A stretch of DNA of 64,000 nucleotides from NCBI GenBank assembly GCA_028534125.1, contig CM052817.1:75766001-75830000 (forward strand), in the 5' to 3' direction. The notes under the pieces are model-generated. The model was given only the letters and a program-made list of their open reading frames with translations. It was not told where the DNA came from and made no database searches. This document shows positions 1-14,109 of this stretch, piece by piece (the stretch's first letter is position 1; each line of letters opens with the position of its first letter). The position numbers and the translations under genes are program-made. The DNA comes from Lama glama (lineage: Eukaryota).

Positions 1-3000
1 GTTTTATCCTGTACTTGATCTCTAGTTTCATACCATTTTGGTCAGAAAAGATGCTTGATATGTTTTCAGTCTCCTAAAGTTTATCAAGACGTATTCTGTG
101 ACCTAACATATGATTTATATTGGAGAACATTCCATGTGAACTTAGAAAGAATATGCATTCAGCTGCTTTTTGATGAAGTTTTCTATGTCTATTAAGTCCC
201 ACCGATATAAATGTGTCCCTTAAGTCTGATTTTCCATTGAGCCAAGTGGGATACCAAAGTCCCAAACTATTATTTTATTGTTGTCATTTTCTTTCTTTAG
301 GTCTTTTAACATTTGCTTTATATATTTAGGTGCTTCTATGATGAATCCACAAATATTTAGACGTGGTATATACTCTTGTCTGATTTAACCCCTTTTTCAT
401 CATGCAATGTCCTTCTTTGGGTGTATTTTTTTTTTTTTTTGCATTCTGTGTTTTGAAGTTTATTTTGTCTGATAAGTGTAACTGCTCCAGATTTTGTATT
501 GTCATTTATATTTAATTTTTTTCCATCCTCTCACTTTTAGTCTATGTATATCTTTAGATACAAGTGAATTTCATGCAGGAAACATAGAGATGGGTATTTT
601 TAAAAATTCATTTAGCCACTCTATGTCTTTTGACTAGAAAAATTAATCCATTTATATTTGCAGTTATTACCAGTAGGCATGTACTTATTGCCATTTTGTT
701 GTGTGCCATTACACACTTTTTAAGATGTTCTGGACCAAAAATAATCTAAATGTTCAAAGAAACAACTTTGGCCAGAACACTTTTTGCATTTTTAAGCTGC
801 ATTAATTATGTATTTAATTTTTAACAGCATGGTTTTTTGTGTGTCTACTATAGATTTTTGAATTGTGGTTACAACGAGTTCACATATAACATGATATATA
901 CTCATACATATGCATATATATGCATGCATATACATGTAAGTCTATTTTAAGTTGATAACAACTTAAGTTGAATGAATTCTAAAAACTCCACATTTTTATT
1001 TTCCCTTTGTATTCTGTTTCTGGTGTCATATTTTACACTTTTTAATTCTGTGTGTCCCTTAACTAATTATTATTGATAATTTTACAAGTTTTATCTGTCA
1101 ACCTCTATCTTAGTTTTATAAGTGGGTAATCCACTACTGTTACTGTATGTTTGCCTTTGCCAGTGAGATTTTTACTTTCATATGTTTTCTTGTTACTAGT
1201 TAGTCCCTTTCCTTTTCAACTAAAGAGAGGACTCTTTAACATTTCCTATAAGGCCAGTTTAGTCTTGATGAACTTTAGCATTTGCTTGTCTGAAAACTCT
1301 TTCTCTCCTTCAACTGAGAATGATAACCTTGAAGTTTAGAGTTTTCTTGGTTAGAGGTTTTGTTTGTTTGGTTGATTTTCCTTTCTGCATTTTTGACTAT
1401 ATATGCTACTCCCTTCTGGCTTGCAAAGTTTCAGCTGAAATACCAGCTTATAGTTTCCTGGAGATTCCATTGTCTGTGACAAGTTGTTTCCTTCTTGCTT
1501 CTTTTAAGATGTTCTATCTATAACTTCTGACATTTTAATTATCATATATCTTGGTTTTAGATCTCTTTTTGTTCATCTTTTTTTGAAAATCTGATGCTGA
1601 ATGTGTTTCCTTCTTCAGGTTAATGAAGTTTTCAGCTATTATTTCTTCAAATAAATTTTCTGCCTCTTTCTCTCTTCTTCTTTTGGACCCCTGAAATGTA
1701 AAAGTTGTTCCACTTGGTGTGATGCCATTGGTCCATTAACTTATCTTTATTTCTTTTTTTCTTTTTGCTGCTCTGTTTGGGTAATTTCCACTTTCCTGTG
1801 TCCAGATCACTGATCTGTTCTTCTACTTCATCTAGTCAGTCATGGAAGCTTTCTAGTACATTTTCTGTTCAACTATTTTGTTCTTCAGCTCTGGGACATC
1901 TGTTCAATAAATACTTTCTTATGCTATGTAACTGTTTTAGACATTCTCACTATGTTCCTTTACTCTTTCCCTAGTTCAATGAACATCTTTATGATTATTA
2001 CCTTTAATTCTTTATCTGATGGATTGCCTCTCTGTGCTTTATTAAGATGTTTTCCTGAGGATGTGTTTTGTTCCTTTGTTTGAAACATATTCCAGAATCT
2101 CATTCTGCTTGTCCCTCTATGTTTGTTTTTATGTATTATGTGAAACAGCTGCCTCTCCCAGTCTTGAAGAAGTGGTTTTGTGTAGAAAATGAACTTAATC
2201 ATTTAATCTTGCCCTAGCTCCTGGTTGTCTTTCAGACCTTTGTGTTTGTCTAAGCAGTCTCATTTGTTCTTGTTAATTTCTAGTTGTTGAGGGTGTGCCA
2301 AGACCTGATAATGTTCCAGAGGGACAGACCTAAGACAGTGCCTAGTTTGAGGCTATTTGTAAGCCAGATCCTCAGGTAGCAGTTTTTAATGTATTCAAAT
2401 ATATATGGTCTTATGGGATTGCAATTGTAAACCCTGCTGACTTTCAGAGCAGAAGATCTGGAGGCATCCCCTGGATGATAGTTTTAAAAATCATCACTTT
2501 TGACATATGTATAAGCTCCTTTCTGAGAAGTATCAGTGAGCTGTGGTGAGGCCAAAGGAGAGCACTAATATATATTTCCCTACCTGCATTCCCTGGGAAA
2601 GCCTCTGCAGCCTGTTGATATGGGGTCAACCAGAAGCCTGCCCCTCAGCCTGAAGCTCCAGGACAAGGAAATGGGCCTTTTTCACATAAAGCCTGGGTGT
2701 ATGTGTCTATCTTCTGTTTATGCAGTGCCCCGGGGTGGTAGCCTGCCAAGGATGGTCTCATCAATCTTTTCAGTTCTGTGAGGCCCAGAAACACAATCCC
2801 CACTGTCCCCCAGACTCAGGTACTCAAGGGGCATCACCTGTGTTGTCTGTACATAAGCTGTGGTGGGCAAGTCATAGCTGAAGAGCATGGATGCAGGCTG
2901 CTCAGCCAGCCTAGCTATGGTGAAGTGGGCCATGGTTGTGGTATGCAGGGCCATGGCTGTGGCAGTCAGGTGGGGCACCCAGCAAGCCCAGCTGTGTCAG

Positions 3001-3020
3001 GCATGCAATCTGCATATACT
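1..3020 (-). mobile_element. Decayed LINE-1, 5' part: 5'UTR (~3020-2200), ORF1 (~2200-1150), inter-ORF region, ORF2 endonuclease N-terminus (~690-1); runs off the window edge
   Basis: Minus-strand translation gives L1 EN motifs (ORF 74..265 'FFLSSHGMFSNINHMLGH'; ISDK/KEGH-like segment ~400-490) and an ORF1 N-terminus (ORF 1960..2202 'MFQTKEQ...PSDKELKVIIIKMFIELG'). The 5'UTR is GC-richer. Many stops and frameshifts. Confidence 0.93.
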
Positions 3021-3244
3021 GTTAAGTGGAATAGAGATAATTTTCTTTTTTTAGATAATAGTGTCTAAAAATCTTTCCAAATATTTGCATTCTTGATTTC
3101 AGTATATATACTTGTTGAATGAAACTTGTTTCATATTTTTATTTTGATGATACAGATAGAAAAGTAATTGAGAAATAGACCTTTAAGGAAAAGCTCCTAC
3201 ATGCTATGAAACATGCTATGTAGTTAAAAATGTAATCTTTGTTT

Positions 3245-3350
3245 ATATCTTTTAATCCTCCAAATACTTGTAGTAGATACTTTTAAGATGAACTGTCTAA
3301 AATGGACTAAGTTAAAATGACTTGCCCTAGGTACACAGCTAGAAAGTCCT
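3245..3350 (-). mobile_element. MIR SINE relic (core)
   Basis: 'gttaaaatgacttgccctaggtacacagctagaaagt' matches the MIR core as recalled. Confidence 0.6.
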
Positions 3351-4989
3351 CACTAGAATTTTAACTAATGTTTCTTTCTGTTACATGCACTTGCTCTTAG
3401 GCTTTTTCTAACAAACTCATTAAAAACTTCTCTTATATTTTCATTAATATAGGGTTTTCTAGCTCCTAAGCACAGTTGATTATTTAAGCTTAAAAATATT
3501 TGTATCAGGCTAAATCATAAAGTATTTTAGAAAAAAAATTAGACTTTAAAAAATAATTTTCTGAGGAACCTGTCTATCCTTGATATTCTACCCTAGCCAT
3601 GCACTAAGATATATTCAGATATGAATTAAGTGATTATTAAAAAATATGTTCAAGTCCCTAAATAACGTTCTTTCTTATTTTTCCTGTCCTCTTGCTGTTG
3701 TGTTGTTTTGACATTGTCTCTTGTCATTTATTCATTTTCACTTTTTTATTTGCCCTAGGTCTCTTTCTTACTATAGTTTTGTCATTTCTCTGCTCTTGCA
3801 CATTTATTTTTCAAAAATATGGTAACTCTCAGTTAGATTTATCCAGTGATTGTGGAGCATCACAGAATTGTTTGATCACTTCCTTCTGGGAGGCCTGTGG
3901 ACTTTTCAGGCTATAACCACTTTTCTTAGAGCTGGCTCACTCAGATTTGTAGGAAGCCTATTCTGGATTTCAGTCCAAGCCCCTATGTGACCCTTTAAAC
4001 TTTATTGTACTAACTTTCCCTGAAATTCATCCATCAAATAACTTTTTTTCAAAGTTCATCCAACATAAATTTATTTAATTAAAATTAAAGTAGATAATGG
4101 ATATGATACTTTTCAAAACTCCATCTAAATCTTAATGTTTCTCCTTTGCTTTGATTAATATTTATGTACAGTTTTGCTTGGATTTTTACATTTGTACACA
4201 TAGCTGCATATAATTCCTTTAGAGAATATCTCCTTATGATGCCTATGGTTATAGTAACACTGGGAAATAAAAGTGTGATGTAAAATGATATGACAAATAT
4301 AACCTCGTATATACTCTGAGTAGGCTTTGCGATTCAGTGTGTCTTGGTAAAAGTAAAGATGGAAATCCAGTTATAAATATTTATTACATATTTTGATCAG
4401 GAACATTTCCTTTTTCTTAATTACACATCATTGTATCATGCCTTGCGAAAAAGTCAGCCTTACAATTTGATGTCAAAGTAGTATTGGATGCAACTTCATT
4501 TTTAGCAAGCAACAGCTAAGATTACCAATATCACTAACTTGTTTTCTTTCATATATAAATATAAACCAAAAGAGTCAGCATTTTCCCATCCCTTAAAGCC
4601 ATTAGGAAACTTTCTAAGAGATAGAAATAAAGTGTAAAATGAATTTTATAACACATATATCACAGAAAGATTTGGACCTTAGATAATTCATCTACTATAG
4701 TTTAAAACTATTGATTAATAGTCAATAGAAATCTCTCAAGAATAACCACAGATGACTCACTACAACATCTAATGTGACACACAGTGGTGAAAATTTGATA
4801 AAATTCTGTATTATTTCAAGAATTTCATTAAGGTTGTGTATATATATTGTACCTACAAAATACATGATAGTTTATACAGTTTTAGGAATAATAATTAAGC
4901 AATATCTGTATATCCACTACCAAATTTCTGAAAGTTATCAGTACCTTGATCCCTTAACATATGCCTTTTAATTTTGTATAATGTTCTCT

Positions 4990-5990
4990 TCACCCTCAGG
5001 AAATCAATAACCTGAAATTACTGATACATGTTAATTTTTATAGTTTTACTATTTATTTGTGCCTATTTTAAAACTCTATATAAATAACATTATATAGGAT
5101 ATAAAGACACATTTTAAAAAATTTATTTCCATGATTATGAAATCAGTACTATTGTCAGTATAAAATCAATATTGCAATTAAAGACTTATCTCATTGCAGT
5201 TATGTCTATAAAGTAATCCACTATATGAATATACGAGTGCATTTATGCATTACACTGCTAAATGACAATGGGTTATAATCTTTCATTTTTCATTACAGAA
5301 AATGATGCTTTGAATATTCTTGAACATTTATCCTGAGACACCTGGGAAAGAGCTTTTCACAGGTATGTTCTGGGGAATAGGTCAAAGACTACACATATCT
5401 TCAAATTCAATAGTTAATGCAAAAATATTTTCTAAAGTGCAACTTTCCTCTCAAGAGCATACTGATGAAACCTTTGTGTTGCAAACTTTATATTTTTCTG
5501 CTGTTGGTGTGTGAAGCATTAGTTATGTCTTTTAACTTGCAGTTCCTTAATTACAAATGAGGTTAAACAATTTCCCATGCATTACTGATCATAATTGTTT
5601 CCTTTTCTGTGTAATGTCTGCTAATGTTGTTCTGCTCATTTTCCTAATGTGGTGCTGCTTTTTATTGATTCTTGAAGTTGTTTATGTATTTTGCATGGAA
5701 ATAATTTGCCTTGTAAATATTGTCAATATCTCTCCTAGGTGTGGTTTGTCCTTCCAGTAATTTAAGTTATACTTTGATGAAAAGAAATCATCAATATTTT
5801 TTGAGTTGTAGTTTAAAATTTGGCTTTCTTTATCCTTATATTTTCCTTCTTCAATGTCATGACAAGATTACAATATTTGTATAGGTTTTCTTAAAATAGA
5901 TCATTTACAAAAATATTAGTTATCTGTCTTGAATTGATTTTTTGTGAATGGTGTATAAGATAAAGTTCCATTTTTCTTATAGCCTTAATT
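4990..5990 (-). mobile_element. Ancient L1 (L1ME-like) ORF2 3' end/3'UTR fragment
   Basis: Degenerate similarity to the antisense L1 3' region (e.g. 'gctttgaatattcttgaacatt', 'ttgaattgatttttgtgaatggtgtataaga'). Confidence 0.6.
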
Positions 5991-6532
5991 GTTGCTAAAA
6001 AAAACAAAAACAAAAAAACTCAACTTTAGAAGTACTCTCTGCCAGGATTCTTCTTAACTGAAATACATGTCTCAGCTGTATTAAACATTCAGACACTTAT
6101 GTGAAAATAATTCTTTCACAATGACTATTAAATGATGTCTATTAACAGCTCATAATTCCATACTGTTTTAATATGTGATGTGTGGGTGTATATTATATAA
6201 ATACATTTTACCATCCAAATGTCTACACCACAAATGCAGTGTATACTGAGTATGCTATACTATAATAGGAAAATAAAAACCAGATCATATAAGCATTCCA
6301 AGAAACTGGATTCTTTGCTTCTAGCTCAAAAGAAGGACACTACCATCTGGATTTCTTCAGAGAGAGGGCATCTTAATAGGAACACAAAACTTTGTTGATT
6401 TATTACTATAGAATAATCAGGGCAGAGAACTTTCTGGTTTAAAGAAAAGTCATATTATGTAAAGACAGTTGCTATACTCAGAGCTGTGGAGAAGATAGAA
6501 TAACTTTTGTATATTTTAGATACACTATCTTA

Positions 6533-6568
6533 CAATTCCTGTGATCAATTCAATTCCTGTGATCAATT
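6533..6568. repeat. Perfect 18-bp tandem duplication (caattcctgtgatcaatt x2)
   Basis: Read directly from the sequence. Confidence 0.95.
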
Positions 6569-8159
6569 AAATTGTTCCTGCCAGTCTCTAGTTTTATACA
6601 TAAACTTGCATACTTCCCTTCCTCATATAACATTGATGCTTCTTTATTTATTGTGGATCAAGGCACATTCTTCTGGACATGATTTTAAAGCAATGTTGCA
6701 TATTAAAACATGTTTGAAAAGAAAAAGTCCCTCCACATTTCAGCAAAGCTATATTTACTTCTTAACTGTATTGCTCTCTGCTTCTATTGTTTGTACTTTG
6801 TAAATATCCCTATCATAGGAACTGAATAGAAAAATTTAAAAAAAAATTTGTACATCTTAAACTTAATTTATTTTAAGTAAAGGACCTTGTCTTGTTTACT
6901 GTCATATTCTAAAAAAACAAGATCAGCTCCAGATATATATAAGAATATGTCAAAATGTTGTAAAAATAGGCACAAATCTTAATACAAAATTGGAAAATGA
7001 AAAGCAAAACAAAACAAAAATAATTCTGAGGGTCATCAAGAAGGCCCCTAATACATAGATTCTTCTTTATGGTCAGATATTTTAAAATTTACATAATGAA
7101 ACGCAGAATAAAAATGAAGATCAGAATATCACCTGTAATCCTGGCAAGGATATATTGGATGATGTGACTTGACTGGTGGTCCTTATGGACCTACTCTCTA
7201 AATATCAGGCTAAGCACCTAGTTGCAGACAGCACTGAGACTCCCATGGGCCTTTCTACATGGGAAGTAGATACAGAGTAAGGCTATTATTAAATTCTAAG
7301 GAGGATTTAATCCCCAGAGGAAGTTCAAAGAGATTAAATGGAACTGAGCTAATGCATGTCAACTTGACTGCAATAAAACTTACTTATCTGGTAGGTCATT
7401 CGTTTTATCCACAAGACAGAGTGAATGAGGAGAGGGAAGAACTCAAAGTGTGTTCAGGGAAATTTCTAGTGCATGGAAACAAATAGTGAGATGTATGAAA
7501 TATGGAGAAATGAGAAAGAAGGAGGCCCATAAAAGAAACTGGCCGTGAATAAATTACCAAATAATTTTCCTAAGCTTGAGGCATATACTAACCTTATATT
7601 GTAAGGGCAAAAGGCCAAAGTCTAAAGAAAATATACAATAACTGCTACCTTGGTGATGATAATTAATTTAAAATTTCAGGAAATCTGGGATATCATTTGT
7701 AATATAACTTTATATTTCATTTTATAATATCATTAAAAATAATTTTGTTGGCTTTCTCTTCATTTATGATTAGTTATGCATTGACCACTTGAATTACATG
7801 TAAGAGAAACACCATAAACTCTTCCATGCATGCATTTGGGTCCACTGTGGATGACTGAATTTAGATGGAGCTTCAGAGTGATGAACTCTGAAATCAAGGG
7901 TCAATAATAATTACACAGTTTATGCATTTGAGATAAAACTAATCAGATTTCAAAAGTTCTGATGATTAGAGAGCTAAGAACACTGTGAATGAACAAAAAA
8001 AGCAAAATTAGAAAGTGCATATTAATACACAAGGGAGAGGATAATGCTATCTGCAGTTGCAGAAATATTTTTTTGAATATGCACAGCCTAACACTTTTGT
8101 AAATCATAGTGGAAAAATGTCACTGGTCCAATATTTATTTTAAAAATCCTCATGCATAT

Positions 8160-8325
8160 GTTTATTGTCAGGCACCATAGTATGTGCTCTGTGTACTGGC
8201 TCTTTTAATCATTATAAAATCTTTATAAGTACTGTTGTTGTCACCATATTACGAATGAGAAAGCACAATAAGTGGTGGACCTGAAATTAAAGTCCAGGTA
8301 GCTTGGTTCCAGAGAATGTGCTATG
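8160..8325 (-). mobile_element. MIR SINE relic
   Basis: 'tgtcaggcaccatag...tttaatcattataaaat...ccatattacgaatgagaaa...aagtggtggacctgaaattaaagtccaggtagcttggttccagag' follows the antisense MIR layout. Confidence 0.65.
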
Positions 8326-8889
8326 CAAGACAAGGTTTCTCAAGATAAATAATAATAATTTTAAAATTCCATGAAGAAGAGGGAAGATTAAATAATTATA
8401 TACTTTTCAGCAATATATCCTTTGAAACTCTAGAGGAAACTGACAGTGTCTCCCATTAGATTACCTGCATGAGCCTAGAAAGATACTGTACTCTTGAGAT
8501 AATTCAGACACAGCCATATTCACAAACTTTTGAATGGAGGCAAAATAGATAAGCAGATAAACTAATATAACACCATAGGGAATATGGATCAATTCCAATT
8601 TGAAATACCTTACAAATGAGATTTAGCATTTAACACAATATCTAAATAGTAGTATCTCATATAGCACTTACAAAACTACAATTAAATTTCTAATGCATAT
8701 ACTACTGTCATATTTTAAAGGCAAAGTGGACCAAAGGCCAAAACCTAGAGAAAATTTACAGTAACTATTACATTGATGAACATAATTAGTCTTAATTTTC
8801 ATTTACTTTGTCTCTGTTATTTACTAAAAGATGCAGAAAAGCTCTGCATTAAACAAACAAACAAAACAATAATCAGAGTATTATCTTAC

Positions 8890-9294
8890 TGTCATAGGCT
8901 GAATTGTGTAGTCCTCAAATTCATATATTCTCCCCAATACCAATTGAGTACCTCAGAATGTAACTGCGTTTAAAGATTGGTCCTTCAAAGAGGCAATTAA
9001 GTTAAAATGAGGCTGTTAGAGTGAACACTTATCCAATGTGACTGGTTTCCTTCTAAGAGGAAATTTGGACACACAAATAGACACCAGAGCTGTGCATTCA
9101 CAGAGGAAGGATCATGTGAGGACACAGAAGGTGGTTATCTACAAACCAAGAGAAGAGGTCTCGGGAGAAACCAGATCTGCTGACAGTTTGACCTTCGAAT
9201 TTTAGTCTCCAGAACTGTGTGAGAAATTACATTTCTATTTTTCTAGCCATTCAGCCTATGGTATTTTTTATGCCAGTTCTAGCAACCTAATGTG
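8890..9294 (+). mobile_element. MaLR solo LTR (MLT1A/B-like)
   Basis: Starts 'tgtcataggctgaattgtgt'; contains 'cctcagaatgtaactg', 'ttaagttaaaatgagg', 'ctccagaactgtgtgagaaat', 'tatggtatttt'. Confidence 0.88.
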
Positions 9295-10360
9295 GCACCC
9301 AATTCCATGTCAACTATTTTAGTACAAACCATGCTACTGTTATTGTGCCACATTCTTCTCAACTTTCCCATTTAGTGTCTTACACTAAGACAAAACCCAG
9401 CATGAAATTAGGGATATTGCCTCTTTAAAAGCATGGTCAGTTAGGAAAATCAGTGAAAACAGGAACAAAGTATAGAAGATTCCAAAACAAAGCACATTTC
9501 AATAAAGTAGCCAGTTATTTCTTACACTTTCTTTCAAAATTAAAAAAAAAAAAGTCATGGCATCAGAAGAGTCCAATTCAATTCAACAGATAAACACCAA
9601 GGGGATATTTTCTGAACATAGGCTATTCATTTAGAAACTACAGTTCAGATCTAGAGCTGAGGTGGGGAACTGATAATAAAAAGGTGAAGGAGGGTAATAC
9701 TGACAAAGGCATTCTACTCACCCTGTGTTTTTTCCACAGTGCATACTTCGATAGATATCTTTTCAAATGTGAGAAAATGAAGTAAAAATACATGTGCACC
9801 TCTAAAAATAAATTTTATCATGTGAGAAGTGAAGCATTGCATTAAATATGAAAAATAAATCTTATGTCTGGGAAAATTTCTTTTTTACCCAGAAATAGAA
9901 TAAAATATTAGTAAATATTTTCTTTGAGTCTCTATGCCCATTATAAAGAACAAGGGATAATACATATGAATATAGTAAGCTCAAAACAAAGAAGGGCAAT
10001 GATTAAATTAAACATAGTACAACATAATATAAAGTGCCATACCATAATTAAAAATAAAACAAAGTAAAAGCTATCAAAAATGATGCTCTCTGAGGGGATA
10101 GATAATGCCAGTAAGGTTTTTATTAGGCAATGCATAATTCAGTAGTATAAATATGAATGAATGATGGCAAAGAAGATTTGAATTATAATGAATAAAACTA
10201 ATCAATAGTTTCTTATTTACCAAATAAGGCAAATTATCCATGAAGATTCCAAAATTGAGTTAAATGATGATGAAATAGACTTTAAAAAGTAAAATGTAAA
10301 AAATAAGTGTCAGATCTGGGAAATATCTATAGTGTGGTGGGAAACTAAAAAATTAACTTA

Positions 10361-13300
10361 GGAGAACAGATAGAGATGGTGAGCAAGAAGATGCAGAACT
10401 CACCTCTCTCTCTCTAGGAATACATCAAAACTACATCTGCATGCAGAGTAGTTCTCACTGAAAACTAACTGGAGACTGGCAAAAGACTCTTATACAACCA
10501 GGCTGTAATAAAGTGTCACATAGAATTGGGTCGGAATGGAAGAGAAGAAATAGACTGGGACCTGTGCCCCTGGAAGAGATCACAGAAGAGGAGGAAGATT
10601 GTATGAGGAGAGATCCTCCCTGGGGAATGAGTAGTTCAGGCCACATGTTGGGTGTCCCAGCCCTGGGGTCTGACACTGGAAGGATAAGTCCCCTTAGCTG
10701 ATTTGAAAACCAGGGAGACTAACAGGAGGACTGTGAGATATCTAGAATTGGCTCATGAAGAGCACACATAGACTTGTTTATTCCCAAAACAAGGCAGAGG
10801 AAGCAGACCGAACCTACACAGGACTCTGGCTGGTTTTTTTGCAACGTCACCCAGGTGGGCACCACAGCCTGATCCAAGCACCCATTCCAGCCCCCTGGGT
10901 CCACAGTGCAGCTCCACATTAGAGTAAAGGCTTCCACAGCCAAGCGGAGTGCTCATTTGTGAGGGGCACAGCCAGCTTGGGCCCAGAATTGCATCTGAAT
11001 GGGTGGGGACAGCCATTATGGGTGCTTACAGAGGCAGCACATCAGAAATAATCTGGAGCTCTGACTGGGGCCGGGACTAACAAAGCCTAAGCCCTGACTT
11101 GCCCCAGGGGCCCGTTGTGGCCAGTCTTGCTATGCAGTGCAGCTTTACACTGGGGTGAGGTCTGCGACAGTCCAGGGGAGTGCTCAGTTATGAGGGGCAG
11201 AGCTGGCTCTGACCTGGAACAGCATATGAATAGGATGGAGGCAGCCATCGCTATCAATTATGGAGGCAGTGCATGGGGAGCCCAGGACTCTGACTGTGGA
11301 CAGGACTGTCCCAGCCCATCCCTTGACCCAAACGAAGTGCTTGCTGCAGCCTCTCTTACTCTACCACTGGTCCCCTGGGGACTAGATGCTGTTGATGGGA
11401 GCAGGGAGAGCATATCCTTAGAGGAAACAGAGCCAGCTTGGATCTGATCCTCAGGGCTTCTGCTTCAGCTTCAGCAACTTGGAAATTAACAGTAGACTAG
11501 GTGATATAGAAGAGTGTATAAGTGATTTGTATATAGAATGATGGAAATCAACCAATCAGAGACACAAAAAGAATAACAAATAATAATACAAAAAGGAGAA
11601 CAGTTTAAAGGACCTCTGGGACAATACCAAGTGTACCAACATTTGCATTATAGGGGTCCCAGAAGGAGAAGAGAGAAAGAGAGGGGCTGAAAATGCATGT
11701 GAGGCAATTATAGATGAAAACTTTGAGAACTTGAAGAAGGAAACTTGAAGAAGAAAACAGGTATCAGGTACAGGAAGCACATAGGATCCCAAACAAGATG
11801 AACCCAAAGAGACCACACCTAAACAAACAATTAAAATGACAAAAGTTAAAGAGGCAGCAGCAGAAAAAGAAAGAGTCCATACAAGGGAACCCCAGTAAGG
11901 CTATCAGCTGGTTTTTCTACATAAATATTGCAGGCTGGAAGGGAGTAGCAATATATATTTAAAGTCCTGAAATGGAAGAGCTTGCAACCTAGGATACTCT
12001 ACCCAGCAAGATTATCATTTACAATTGGAGGGAGAAAGAACTTTACAGATAAGCTAAAACAGGAAGAGCTCAATTCTAAACCTATCCTAAAAGAAATATT
12101 AAAACATATTCTCGTTAGTGGGAGGGGGAAAAAAAGGATAGAAGAGGGTATCTGTAGGAAAGGAAAATCCCACTAGCAAGGTCAAATATATTGTAAAGGC
12201 TAAGGATCATAACTTAAATAAGTGAATATGATGATAAAAAAAAAGCCAAATCAACTGTATTTACAATAACCAGAGAATGGATAAACATAAAGATATAAAA
12301 TATGACAGCAAAAACATAAAATGTATGGGAGGGGAGTAAAAAAGTAGATCTTTTCAAATGTGTGTGGACTTAAATAACTACCAGTTTAAAACAAGTAGAT
12401 ATGGTAATAGGTCAACATGTAAGAACCCCATGATAACCACAAATCAAAAAGCTATAGCAGATACACAAAACTAGAGAGAAAGAAACACAAACATGTCACT
12501 AAAGAAAATCATCAGTCCTTATGGGAAGAAATGAAGAAGAACAGAGAAGAACTACAAAAATAACCAGAAAAGCAAGTAACAAAATGGCAGTAAATATCAA
12601 TATTTATCTATAATCAGTCAATCATTCTAAGGGTCAGTGGACTAAATGCACCAGTGAAAAGACATAGGGAGACTGATTAGATCAATGAAACAGAATAGAG
12701 AGCCCCCAAATAAGCCCTTGTACTTACGGTCAATAAATCTACCAAAAAGAAGAAAAGAATATACAATGGGGCAAATGGTCTCTTTAGTAAGTGGCACTGG
12801 GAAAACTAGTTAGATGTGAAAGAATGAAAATAGAACATTTTCTCCTACCAGATACAAACATAAACTCAAAACGTTTAATACTAAATATAGACCTGAATAT
12901 AAGACCAGAAACCATAAAACTCCTAGAAGAAACATAGGCAGAAGACACTTTGACATAAATCGTAGCAATATTTTTTTTGATCCGTCTCCTAAGGCAGAAG
13001 AAATGAAAGCAAAAATATACAAATGCAACCTAATTAAACTAAAATGCTTTTGCACAGCAAAGGAAACCATTGACAAAATGAAAAGACAACCTGTTCAATG
13101 GGAGAAAATATTTGCAAATGATATGACCAAATAGAGGGTTAATTTCAAAATATAGAAACAGCTCATACAACTCAATATAAAAAAAAAAAGTAAAAATTGG
13201 CAGAAGGCCTGAATGGACATTTTTCTGAAGAAGATATACAGATTTCCAACAGGCAGACAAAAACAACACTCAACATCCCTAATCATCAGAAAATTTCAAA

Positions 13301-14109
13301 TCAAAACCACAATGAGATATCACCTTATACCTGTCAAAATACCTATCATCAAAGAGTCTACAAATAAGAAATATTGACAAGGATGTGAAGAGGGAGGTGA
13401 GAATGTAACTTGGTGCAGCCGCTGTGGAAAATAGTATGGAGGTTCCTCTAAAATAGTAAAAATAGAATTATTGTATGATCCAGCAGTCTACTCTGGGGTA
13501 TATATCCCAAGAAAATGAAAACAGTAATTTGATAAAATGCATATATCCCCACATTCATAGAAGCATTATTTCAATTGTCAAGATATGGAAGCAACCTAAG
13601 TATCCATCAAGAGATGAATGGATAAAGAAAATGTGGTATTTATATGCAATGGAATATTTTTCAGCCATAGGAAAAAAGAAAAAGAAATTCTGCCATTTCT
13701 AACAACATGAATGAACCTAGAAGGTATTATGCTTAGTGAAATAAGTCAGAGAGAGACAATTATTGTGTGTTATCATTTATATGTGGAATCTAATATATAA
13801 AGCAAACAAATGAGTATAACAAAACAGGAACAGGCTCACAGTATACGAGAACAGAATGATCATTACCAGTGGGGAGAGGGATGGAGGAGAGGTGGGGTAG
13901 AAGTAGTGAATTGAGAGGTACAAACTACTATGTACAAAATGGATAGCCAGCAAGGATGTATTATACAGGGCAAGGAAATATAGCCATTATTTTTGTTGAC
14001 TTTAATTGTAGTATAATCTATACAAATTTTGAGTTGCTATATTCTACACCTGAAAGTAATACATTATAAATCAACTGTTCCTTAGAAAATAATTTTAGAA
14101 GTTTAATCA
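10361..14109 (+). mobile_element. LINE-1 with intact 5' and 3' ends but two internal deletions (ORF1 N-terminus; most of ORF2 EN-RT); candidate TSD AAAAAATTAACTTA (10347-10360) / AATAAATTAACTCA (14110-14123)
   Basis: 5'UTR with decayed YY1-like 'gagatggtg' (10373-10381). ORF1 C-terminal half ('QPRILYPARLSF', ORF 11982..12176). ORF2 start ~12583, jumping at ~12680 to the C-terminal region ('QW/NRIESP', 'WKQPKYPSRDEWIKKMW'). 3'UTR to ~14085. Confidence 0.92.
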
